Positions 1-8,179 of a DNA stretch of 64,000 nucleotides are shown here, in pieces. The notes below the pieces were generated by a model. It was not told where the DNA came from, searched no databases, and saw only the letters and a program-made list of their open reading frames with translations. The position numbers were made by a program, and so were the translations under genes. The first letter of the stretch is position 1. Each line of letters opens with the position of its first letter. Source of the stretch: Lysobacterales bacterium (GTDB lineage Bacteria > Pseudomonadota > Gammaproteobacteria > Xanthomonadales > SZUA-5); contig JALHMH010000017.1 of assembly GCA_022844165.1 (NCBI GenBank), positions 29,573 to 93,572 on the forward strand. Direction: 5' to 3'.

Positions 1-615
1 GATTGTCAGCGGACCGGTATTTCGCTGTCTCCAGACACGCCACAAATCGGCATCTGCGCGTTGCAGGGCAGCCCCACCGCGGCAACGCCGGTGACGATCA
101 GCGTCGAAGCCACACCAGATCTTCCCGGGCCTGTGGGGCTCGAGGTTTTGGGTCCTTTGCCCGTCGGTATGGCCGCCAGCGTTTCTCCACCCGGCGTCGA
201 CCCGCCCGCGGTGGCCACGCTGGCGATCAGCGCCACCAACGCTGCGCCGAGGATGAGCAGAATCACGGTACGCGCCAGTGCGTCGCCGTATACCCAGTTG
301 GCGAATGTTGTGGCCCGCGTCGCAACCGTCGAACCGGACTCCCCGGAAGTTGTTTCCCCAGAGGCTGGAGCGTTGGATGTCCTGATTGTTCCCTTGTTTC
401 AGTGGTCAGCAGTCAACCAGGCCTCAAGCTACACCATCACGGTTGGCACGGAGCCAACGTTTTCCTCCCCGCTCTTCAGCCAAACGCTGATCGGTACCTC
501 GCTGCTCTCGCCCATCAGCCTGCCGGCCGGCAGCACGATTTACTGGAGCGTTCGCGCCCGCAACGAGTGTGGGCAAGGGAACGGCTTTATCGCCAGTTTC
601 GAAACACGATTATGA
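1..615 (+). CDS. C-terminal part of a large secreted protein ending in an FN3-like domain (5' end outside window)
   Basis: Frame +1 is open from base 1 to TGA 613-615. The sequence is Pro/Thr/Val-rich and beta-like, ending ...PTFSSPL...YWSVRARNECG, typical of FN3-like tails on secreted peptidases. ATGA overlap with the next gene. Confidence 0.6.
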   Translation, partial: DCQRTGISLSPDTPQIGICALQGSPTAATPVTISVEATPDLPGPVGLEVLGPLPVGMAASVSPPGVDPPAVATLAISATNAAPRMSRITVRASASPYTQLANVVARVATVEPDSPEVVSPEAGALDVLIVPLFQWSAVNQASSYTITVGTEPTFSSPLFSQTLIGTSLLSPISLPAGSTIYWSVRARNECGQGNGFIASFETRL

Positions 616-1025
616 GTAGCGAACAGAACCCGGCACCCGGCGAATTGCGATTGGACATCTGGCTCTGGGCGGCGCGCTTTTTCAAGACTCGCTCGCTCGC
701 CAAACAAGCGATCGATCACGGCCGCGTGGAGGTCGATGGCGATCGCGCCAAGCCTGCCCGATTGGTTCGGATTGGACAGCAGTTGCGCATTCGCCGAGGC
801 GATGATGTGTTTGTCGTCGAGGTCACGGCCATCCATCCGCGGCGTGGCAACGCGGATGCCGCCGCGGTCCTTTACCAGGAAACCCAGAGCAGCCTGGCCG
901 AGCGTACCGAGCAGGCGCAGCGACGCGCCCGGGATCGCGCATCGTTCTCCCCTCCGCCAGCCAAACCCGACAAAAAAAGCCGCCGCAGCCTGCGTAGTTT
1001 GCTCGACTACCATGGTCCAGGTTAG
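612..1025 (+). CDS. hslR: Ribosome-associated heat shock protein Hsp15 (S4 RNA-binding domain)
   Basis: ATG at 612; motifs LRLDIWLWAARFFKTRSLAKQAI, AKPAR, RRGNA..A..LYQET, KPDKKSRR. Confidence 0.9.
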   Translation: MSSEQNPAPGELRLDIWLWAARFFKTRSLAKQAIDHGRVEVDGDRAKPARLVRIGQQLRIRRGDDVFVVEVTAIHPRRGNADAAAVLYQETQSSLAERTEQAQRRARDRASFSPPPAKPDKKSRRSLRSLLDYHGPG

Positions 1026-1033
1026 GGGGCCAA

Positions 1034-3937
1034 TCACACCTGCGGCGGCTTGTTCAGGGCTACTTTTCGGTCTTCCTGAAACGGCAGCAGGGCAACCTGC
1101 TGACCGAGTTGGTCAACGTGTTCCATCGCGTCCACCCAGGCAGGATCGTTGCGCGCGGCTGCTTTCCCGAGTCGTCGCTGAATGGCTTCGGCCAGACTGA
1201 GATATAAGTCGATCCGAAGGCCTGGACGGATATTGAATTCGCCGGCTTGTGCGATGGTCCTAAGCAGGCTTTCCTCGGGATTCTCGAGTTCGCCAGCAAG
1301 CCACTTCGCATTGATCAGCCCAGCAACCAGGCGAAAGCGCTCTGGAGGGGATTTCCGGCGCGATACCCGGTCAAATCGATTGAGGCTGTCTTCGATCGCG
1401 TGCAGTGACTCGGTATAGCGATGCTGCCATTGCAGTATCAATCCGCGATCGCGCATGAACTCGATGACGCGTTCCTGGGACATCTGATCGCCGTTGACCA
1501 AATCGGCGATCGCTTCGTCGCATAGTGCTAATCCGCGAGCCAGATCGCCGGTCATGGCCTCGGCCAGACCAAGCCGGCATCGCGTGATCGCGGTGATACT
1601 CGGCGAACGTTGGTCATCTGCCAGGCTCAACTCCAGTGCCTGCGCTTGATAATCTCGCGCTTCTGCAAAGCGCCCCAAGGCGGCTGCGGTGAACCCCAGG
1701 TTGCTGAGCAAGACATAGTCCCCATCGGACGGGGCACTCGACATCGATCGCGACAACGTCAACGCTTGCAGCTGATTGTCGTGAGCCTCTCGGAATTTGT
1801 TTAGCTCGCTCTGCACGCTGCCAAGGGTGCTCAGGGCATCGATTCGGCGCCAATGATGCTCAGGCAAGAGTTCTCGATAAATGGCCACAGCTGCTTCGGC
1901 GAGAGGTTCCGCATCAGACGGACGCCTCATGTAGCGCAGCGTGCCTGCGTATGAGTTCAAGATATCGCCGGTGAGAATGTGCCGTTCGCCGAAACTTGCG
2001 CGGGCCGCACCGAGCGCCTTTTCGTAACTTTCGATCGCCACGTCGAACTCGCCGTTTGGTGTCGCCATTCGGGCGTGATTGAGCAGGACTCGAATCTGCA
2101 GCGCCGCATCGCACACCGGGATGGCGAAACCGGAAAGCGCGCGAACATGCGATGCGGCATAGTGCAGAAACCGAACGTCGATCGAACCGCCCCGTGCTGA
2201 CGAGCGGTCGGCGACCTCCAGCGTCGAGCATAGATCTACAGCCTGGCTCGCCAGCGCGTACTGAACGCCGACATCGTGGCCCATCATGTCGTGCCATTTG
2301 GATCGCAACAGAATGACTTCGACCTGTTGCGAAGTGGCGAGCGTTGCAGTGATTTCTTCCAATCGGTCCAGGAAGGGTGCGACTTCGCTTTCTCTATTCG
2401 CCGCGAAATGGGTTGCTACCAATTCGATCATGGCTTGCGCCTGTAGCGCTTGCTGGTTCGACGGCAGTTCGTTAATCAACTCGCTGAGCACCTGTGTAGC
2501 CCGATCAATATCCCCCTGGCCCCGCAATACCGCGGCGAGCTGGATGAGGAGCGATGCGCGTGCCTCCGGCACCAGACGATTCGTGCTGCCGAGTTCGACA
2601 ATTGCCCGTTCGGTGACTTCGGCGACGCTGGCCCGATCGCGACCGGGGCTCGATGGCTCGGCGCTCCGGAACACGTCGATCAGGAACTGCTGAGTGCTTT
2701 GCGCAAGCTGCGCCTGCGCTCTTGCGATATGCGCCTGCTGCCAGGCAATCACAACGCTGATTGAAATTCCAACCACCGTGGTCGCCACGAGCGCGCAGGC
2801 CAGAGCGTGTCTTCGGACAAATTTGCCGAGCACATAGGGCAGACGCGGCCGCCGCGCCAGAATGGGCTCGTTGTCTAGATGACGCTGAATATCGTGCGCC
2901 AATGCAGCCGCGTGGCTATACCGGTCTCGCGGATCTTCGGCCGATGCCTTCAATACGATGGTGTCGAGGTCGCCCGAGAGTTGCTGTGCGAGCTTGCGTT
3001 TGTCGCGGACGAGCGAACTCGGCGACACGACCGTTCGTGCCTGTTTTCGGTTCGTGAGCAGTTCTGACAGTAGCAAGCCGAGGGCATAGACGTCGGTTTG
3101 CGTCGTAATGTGGCCACCATTGAACTGCTCCGGTGCAGCGTAACCCGGGGTCAGCAGCAGGTTGTGCGTTTCGGTGACTTCTTGTCCGGTTGGGCTCAGG
3201 AATTTGGCAATGCCGAAGTCCAGCAATTTCACTTCGCCGGCTTCCGTGACGAGCACGTTGCTTGGCTTGATATCGCGGTGAACGATTAGGGCCTGGTGCG
3301 CCGACTCTACGGCGCTGCACACCTTCGCGAAGGCCTCCAGCCGTTGGCGCAACGACCATTGTTGCATCTGCGCCTGCATCGTCAGGAACTCGCCGTTGAC
3401 CAGCTCCATGGCGATATAGGCGAGACCTTCCGGGGTCACGCCACCATCAATGTAGCGGGCAATGTTGGGGTGCTCCAATTGGGTCAGCGCTTGCCGCTCG
3501 CGGCGGAATCGATGCAGTTCTGGCGCGTCGATGAGCACGCGGCGAAAGAGTTTCAGTGCAACCGGTTGCATGACACCGGCAACTTCGCGCGTCGCTTTGA
3601 ACACCCAGGCGCTTCCGCCTGAACCCAGTGTCGAAAGCAGAGTGAAGTCTCCAATCTGGCGGCCCAGCCAGTCGGTTTGCAAAATCTCCGGAATGAGCTG
3701 TTCGGCGATCTCGTTCAGCGGTCTGGTGAACAGGTTCACGGCCGATCGCTGGATACGTTCGGTGTTCGGTTGCACTTCCTGCGGAGCATCCATTGGCGTT
3801 GGCGATTGTTCCAGCATGCGCATCAACAAGGCTTTTGTGGCCTCCGATTCAATGAGTCCATGGACAAAGTGCGAACGCTGCTCGGGCAACAAGGCCATGG
3901 CGTGCTCGAACAACGAACGTAAGGATTCAGGACGCAT
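1034..3937 (-). CDS. Hanks-type Ser/Thr protein kinase with transmembrane helix and C-terminal TPR repeats
   Basis: GSGGSAWV, VALK, HRDIKPSN, DFG, TPGYAAPE, DVYALG; hydrophobic helix ALACALVATTVVGISISVVIAW; TPR-like helical repeats. Confidence 0.92.
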   Translation of the reverse strand: MRPESLRSLFEHAMALLPEQRSHFVHGLIESEATKALLMRMLEQSPTPMDAPQEVQPNTERIQRSAVNLFTRPLNEIAEQLIPEILQTDWLGRQIGDFTLLSTLGSGGSAWVFKATREVAGVMQPVALKLFRRVLIDAPELHRFRRERQALTQLEHPNIARYIDGGVTPEGLAYIAMELVNGEFLTMQAQMQQWSLRQRLEAFAKVCSAVESAHQALIVHRDIKPSNVLVTEAGEVKLLDFGIAKFLSPTGQEVTETHNLLLTPGYAAPEQFNGGHITTQTDVYALGLLLSELLTNRKQARTVVSPSSLVRDKRKLAQQLSGDLDTIVLKASAEDPRDRYSHAAALAHDIQRHLDNEPILARRPRLPYVLGKFVRRHALACALVATTVVGISISVVIAWQQAHIARAQAQLAQSTQQFLIDVFRSAEPSSPGRDRASVAEVTERAIVELGSTNRLVPEARASLLIQLAAVLRGQGDIDRATQVLSELINELPSNQQALQAQAMIELVATHFAANRESEVAPFLDRLEEITATLATSQQVEVILLRSKWHDMMGHDVGVQYALASQAVDLCSTLEVADRSSARGGSIDVRFLHYAASHVRALSGFAIPVCDAALQIRVLLNHARMATPNGEFDVAIESYEKALGAARASFGERHILTGDILNSYAGTLRYMRRPSDAEPLAEAAVAIYRELLPEHHWRRIDALSTLGSVQSELNKFREAHDNQLQALTLSRSMSSAPSDGDYVLLSNLGFTAAALGRFAEARDYQAQALELSLADDQRSPSITAITRCRLGLAEAMTGDLARGLALCDEAIADLVNGDQMSQERVIEFMRDRGLILQWQHRYTESLHAIEDSLNRFDRVSRRKSPPERFRLVAGLINAKWLAGELENPEESLLRTIAQAGEFNIRPGLRIDLYLSLAEAIQRRLGKAAARNDPAWVDAMEHVDQLGQQVALLPFQEDRKVALNKPPQV

Positions 3938-4174
3938 GGCTACCTTGGGGATCGAGTGAGGCGCTCAATTTGTGGTGGTTCATGCCCTGCGGAAGCAAGC
4001 GGAACTTGCCAGGCTGATTCGGGGAGTATTGACCGTAGACGATGCGCGACCGCGTTCTGGGACATTTTGCGTCGGCCCTCGTTGTAGAAACACGATCTTC
4101 CAGCCGGTCCTGCTCGCCGATTGCGTACTCGATGTTCGAACGCCATGCTGCCAGGCTTTGCACCAGGCGATGGC

Positions 4175-5056
4175 ATGCTGCCGGTCCGCGATCTTGGCTT
4201 TGCGTTACTGATATGTCTGGCATGGGCAGGAAACTTCCTGGCCACCGCATCCGCCGTGCAGCATTTTCCGCCGATCCTGTTTACCGCGCTGCGCTTAATT
4301 CTGGTCTTGGTCCTGCTGGTGCAATTTTTGCGGCCACTACCGCGTCCGCTGTGGCGCACGTTTGCTGCCGTGGCGTTGCTGACGGGTGCCTTGCACTTCG
4401 GCTTCAACCACTGGGCCATCGCAGCTGCTGGCGATATCAGCTCGGTAGCGCTGAGTTTGCAGAGCTACATCCCGATGACCGCAATTCTGGCTTGGTGGCT
4501 GCTCGACGAACGGCCCACCGCAATGACCTGGGTCGGCATCGCCGTGGCCTTCGCGGGCGTTACGCTGCTGGCATTCGACCCATTGGTGCTGGATGCGCCG
4601 ATCGCTCTGGCGCTGTCGTTGATTGCCGCCGCAACGCTCGCGGTCGGGACGGTGTATCTGCGGCGCCTGCCGGGCTTGCATCCGTTCCAGGTGCAGGCCT
4701 GGAGTGCCGCGATCAGTATCCCCGTGCTCTTGCTGTGGTCGTTGACGACCGAGGCATGGTCGTGGACAACGCTGATGACAGCGCGCTGGCTGGACTGGGG
4801 TGGTGTGGCCTATTCGGCGCTGGCCGCATCGTTGATTGGCCATGGCCTGCTCTATGGATTACTGCAACGCCATCCCGTGGCGCAGGTGACGCCAGTGTTG
4901 ATGTTGACGCCGGTCTTTGCGGTGACGTTGGGCGTGTTGGTCTGGGGCGATCGACCGGGTCCGGAACTGCTGATCGGCGGTGCCCTGGTGTTGTTCGGCG
5001 TGCTGCTGGTGGTGCTCAAAGGTGGGCGCAAGGCTCAGGCGAAAAGCGCTGCGTAG
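4175..5056 (+). CDS. EamA/DMT family transporter
   Basis: About 10 TM helices; CLAWAGNF, FPPILFTALR and LLDERP motifs; start taken at ATG 4175. Confidence 0.88.
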   Translation: MLPVRDLGFALLICLAWAGNFLATASAVQHFPPILFTALRLILVLVLLVQFLRPLPRPLWRTFAAVALLTGALHFGFNHWAIAAAGDISSVALSLQSYIPMTAILAWWLLDERPTAMTWVGIAVAFAGVTLLAFDPLVLDAPIALALSLIAAATLAVGTVYLRRLPGLHPFQVQAWSAAISIPVLLLWSLTTEAWSWTTLMTARWLDWGGVAYSALAASLIGHGLLYGLLQRHPVAQVTPVLMLTPVFAVTLGVLVWGDRPGPELLIGGALVLFGVLLVVLKGGRKAQAKSAA

Positions 5057-5655
5057 CGCCGCGCGTTCGCCTCGATATCGCCCACCAGCACACCGCGCGA
5101 AACCGCCAGCGCATGCGCGCCAGCGTCGATCAACTCGCTGCCATTCTCCGGAGTGATGCCGCCAATGGCGACCATTGGTAATCCAAAGGTGCGCGCTTTG
5201 CGCAGCAAAAGCGCCTCGGCGTGGCGCGCATTCGGTTTGGTCTCGCTGGGGAAAAAGGCGCCAAAGGCGAGGTAGCTGGCCCCCGCGTCTGCGGCGCGTT
5301 GTGCGTTCACCACACTGTCGTAACACGACGCGCCGATGATCGCCAGTGGCCCCAGGCGCGCTCGCGCAGCCCTGATCGTCATGTCGTGCTCACCGATGTG
5401 CACGCCGTGCGCGTTCAGCGAATACGCCAAGTCCACGTCATCGTTGATGATGAATAATGCGCCGGCTCGCCGACAGCACTGGAACAGCGCCTGGGCGCGC
5501 TCGAAGCGCTCTTGAGCGCTGGCCGATTTGTCGCGATATTGGATCAACCTTGCGCCGCCGGCAATGGCCGCTGCGCAGGCCTCGACCAAACGAAAGTGCT
5601 CGACCCAGGTGGTATCGATCAGCACATACAGACCAGCAATGGCGCCTGGGTTCAT
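5035..5655 (-). CDS. thiE: Thiamine-phosphate synthase
   Basis: GLYVL, IQYRDK, IINDD, GVHIGEHD, IGASCY, GAFFPSETKP, VAIGGI. Confidence 0.93.
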   Translation of the reverse strand: MNPGAIAGLYVLIDTTWVEHFRLVEACAAAIAGGARLIQYRDKSASAQERFERAQALFQCCRRAGALFIINDDVDLAYSLNAHGVHIGEHDMTIRAARARLGPLAIIGASCYDSVVNAQRAADAGASYLAFGAFFPSETKPNARHAEALLLRKARTFGLPMVAIGGITPENGSELIDAGAHALAVSRGVLVGDIEANARRYAALFA

Positions 5656-5717
5656 CGACTGAGCATTCGCATTGGTTATGACAGACTATCCGATTAGAAA
5701 CTGGACAAGGATGCCCA

Positions 5718-5915
5718 ATGAGCGATCCCACCGATCACCGCGGCCCATTCAAGACCTATGTGTGTGTGGTCTGCGGCTTTATTTACGATGAAGCAGCCGG
5801 CTGGCCGGCAGAAGGCATTGCCGCCGGCACACGCTGGTCAGACGTGCCGGATTGGTGGACCTGCCCGGATTGCGGCGTGGGCAAGTCCGATTTCGACATG
5901 GTCGAAACGGCGTAG
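5718..5915 (+). CDS. rubA: Rubredoxin
   Basis: [12 protein letters not shown]...[13 protein letters not shown], two CxxC motifs. Confidence 0.95.
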   Translation: MSDPTDHRGPFKTYVCVVCGFIYDEAAGWPAEGIAAGTRWSDVPDWWTCPDCGVGKSDFDMVETA

Positions 5916-5921
5916 TCGGCC

Positions 5922-7952
5922 ATGTGGCTGATCGTCGCTGCCGCGATGGCCGCAAACGAGCCTTGTCAGGCCGATTGTGAGACGTTGCCCGCGGTTGAGA
6001 CGGTCGGCCAGCCGTTGCGCCGCACACTGCCCGACGGTGCGATCAGCATCGACGTGGAAGCGGCGCCAGCAGCGCCGCTGATGGATGTGGCCGAGCTGTT
6101 CGCGCGCGTGCCGGGTGTGGTTGCGCGAGCGCGCGAGAACTACGCGCAAGACACCCAGATCAGCGTTCGTGGGTTCGGTGCGCGCGCCAGTTTTGGCGTT
6201 CGCGGTGTGCGTCTGGAAGCCGATGGACTGCCGCTCACCGCGGCCGATGGGCAGACGCAGATCGGTCATCTGGATTTGATCGGCGCTGAGCGCATTGATG
6301 CGATCACCGGCCCGTTTGCGGCGCTGTATGGCAACGGTGGTGCGTACTTCGATGTGCGCGAACGGCGCCAGCCGGTGTCAAGCGTGCGTTGGTTCCAGAG
6401 TAGCGGCGGACGCAGCCAGCATGCGTTGGCACTGGCTGGCGAGCAATTGTTCGCGCGCGCCCAAGCCATTGAAACCAGAGGTGCGCGCGCACAGTCGGCG
6501 GCCGAGCGGCGCCTGTATCGTGTTGGCTATCGCTTCGAAACGCCGCAGGGCGAGTTCAATATCAGCGCCGATCGCCAGGAACAACCCGATTCGCTAGACC
6601 CGCAAGGGTTGACGCGCGCCGAGTTTGAGCGCGATCCGCGCGCCGCCAGTCCGCAGGCCCTGGCGTTCAATACGCGCAAGTCCGTGTACCAGGATCAGCT
6701 CAGCGTTCGTTTTGCGGCCAGTGGCGCCTTCGATTGGGACGCCGGCGCTCAGCTGAGCGATCGTTCTGTGGATCAGGTGTTGTCGTTGCCGCCGAACGCG
6801 CAGCTGGCGCCCACCAATGGTGGCGGCGTGATCGATCTGGAACGGCGCAGCCGCGGTCTGTTCTGGCGTGCGACGCACGATCTGGCAGGTGGGCGCCTGA
6901 GCGCGCGTTTGCAAGCTGAGCACCTCGACGAGCGGCGCCTGGGTTTCGAGAACTTCGTCGGTACCACGCTCGGGCAGCGCGGCGCGCTGCGGCGCGATGA
7001 AGACAATCGCGCGCAAACACGCGATGCCATGCTGCGTTTCGATCGCAGCTACGCCGGCCTCGATTGGAGCGCCGGCGTGCGCCGCACGTCACTCGACTAT
7101 GCGAGCGACGATGACTACATCCGGCCCGGAAACCCCGACGACAGCGGGCGATACGAAGCCAGCGCGTGGCTGCCGGTAGCCGGCGTTGCCTGGCGCGCAG
7201 CGCAATGGCAAAGCGCCTTTGCTGCCGGACGCGCGATCGACGTGCCGACACTGGCCGAGTTGGCCTACCGTTCCGATGGCGATGGCGGCTTCAACCAAGC
7301 CTTACAACCATCGAAAGTACGCCAGGCGGAATGGAGTCTGGGCTGGCGCCGCGCGCGTCAGGAGGCAATGCTGGCGCTGTTCACCGTGCACGGGCGCGAC
7401 GAGATCGTAGTGCAATCGAACGAGGGCGGACGCACCACCTTCGCCAACGCTGGCCGATCGCGCCGTCGCGGCGTCGATGCCGATTGGCGCTGGAGCGGCG
7501 AGCGCGCGTCGCTGTCGTTGTCGGCCACCTACACCGATGCGCAGTTCGTGGAAGGCTTTTTCACTTGTCAGCGCAATCCCTGTCCAGCGCCGGATTTGCG
7601 CGTGCCAGAGGGCGCACCGCTGCCCGGTGTGCCACGTTTTTTTGGCGAAATCGAATGGCGCTGGCGCACCACAGATCTGCTATTCGGCGCCGACATCCGC
7701 GGCGCCAGCGAAACGACCGTGAGTGAGCGCTTTGCAGACGCCACGCCTGGATACGGCGTGCTCGACCTCAGTTTGCAGCGCACCCTCAACATCGCGCGTC
7801 AGCCGGTGCGGCTGACCCTGCGCGTCGACAACGTGCTGGATCGCAACTACAGCAATTCCGCCATCATCAACGACGTTGCCCGCCGCTACTTCGAACCCGC
7901 GCCTGGACGCAGTTTCTGGATCGGAATCGATGCACGGCTGCCGGCGTTTTGA
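5922..7952 (+). CDS. TonB-dependent receptor, YncD/PqqU-like
   Basis: Plug motif RENYAQDTQISVRGFGARASFGVRGVRL..DG; C-terminal NVLDRNY...YFEPAPGR, ending in F. Confidence 0.85.
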   Translation: MWLIVAAAMAANEPCQADCETLPAVETVGQPLRRTLPDGAISIDVEAAPAAPLMDVAELFARVPGVVARARENYAQDTQISVRGFGARASFGVRGVRLEADGLPLTAADGQTQIGHLDLIGAERIDAITGPFAALYGNGGAYFDVRERRQPVSSVRWFQSSGGRSQHALALAGEQLFARAQAIETRGARAQSAAERRLYRVGYRFETPQGEFNISADRQEQPDSLDPQGLTRAEFERDPRAASPQALAFNTRKSVYQDQLSVRFAASGAFDWDAGAQLSDRSVDQVLSLPPNAQLAPTNGGGVIDLERRSRGLFWRATHDLAGGRLSARLQAEHLDERRLGFENFVGTTLGQRGALRRDEDNRAQTRDAMLRFDRSYAGLDWSAGVRRTSLDYASDDDYIRPGNPDDSGRYEASAWLPVAGVAWRAAQWQSAFAAGRAIDVPTLAELAYRSDGDGGFNQALQPSKVRQAEWSLGWRRARQEAMLALFTVHGRDEIVVQSNEGGRTTFANAGRSRRRGVDADWRWSGERASLSLSATYTDAQFVEGFFTCQRNPCPAPDLRVPEGAPLPGVPRFFGEIEWRWRTTDLLFGADIRGASETTVSERFADATPGYGVLDLSLQRTLNIARQPVRLTLRVDNVLDRNYSNSAIINDVARRYFEPAPGRSFWIGIDARLPAF

Positions 7953-8014
7953 GCAGGGTCGAGACTGCTGCCAGGGTTGATGATTCCCTGATCGGCGCTA
8001 CGCAGTCCGCTTGA

Positions 8015-8122
8015 AACAGCGCAAAGCGTCGCGCCGACGCCGTTGTCGGATCCAAGAAGATCAGGCATTGCCCGGCATTCCGATGGGAACAGCTCAAAGC
8101 GTCGCGCTATAGCGCGACCCAC
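8015..8122. repeat. REP-like element: perfect 18-bp palindrome plus a 20-bp direct repeat
   Basis: GTCGCGCTATAGCGCGAC (8101-8118) is followed by CCAC, which reads GTGG + palindrome on the minus strand. AACAGC(G/T)CAAAGCGTCGCGC occurs at 8015-8034 and 8088-8107. It lies between convergent genes. Confidence 0.6.
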
Positions 8123-8179
8123 AAAACCTGGGCCGGATTCGAAAATGGAGGATGGTGATTGGATGTTGCGTCCGCGATT

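Noticed and set aside
3-611. 340-aa ORF 3..1025 as a long N-terminally extended Hsp15
   Set aside because: The upstream part is Arg-rich shadow translation overlapping the real frame +1 gene. The ATGA overlap supports a start at 612.
4042-5181. 379-aa alternative-frame ORF over the EamA gene
   Set aside because: Arg/Gly-rich frame-shifted shadow of the transporter.
5656-5717. Possible TPP riboswitch upstream of thiE
   Set aside because: The spacer is only 62 bp and lacks the TPP aptamer consensus.
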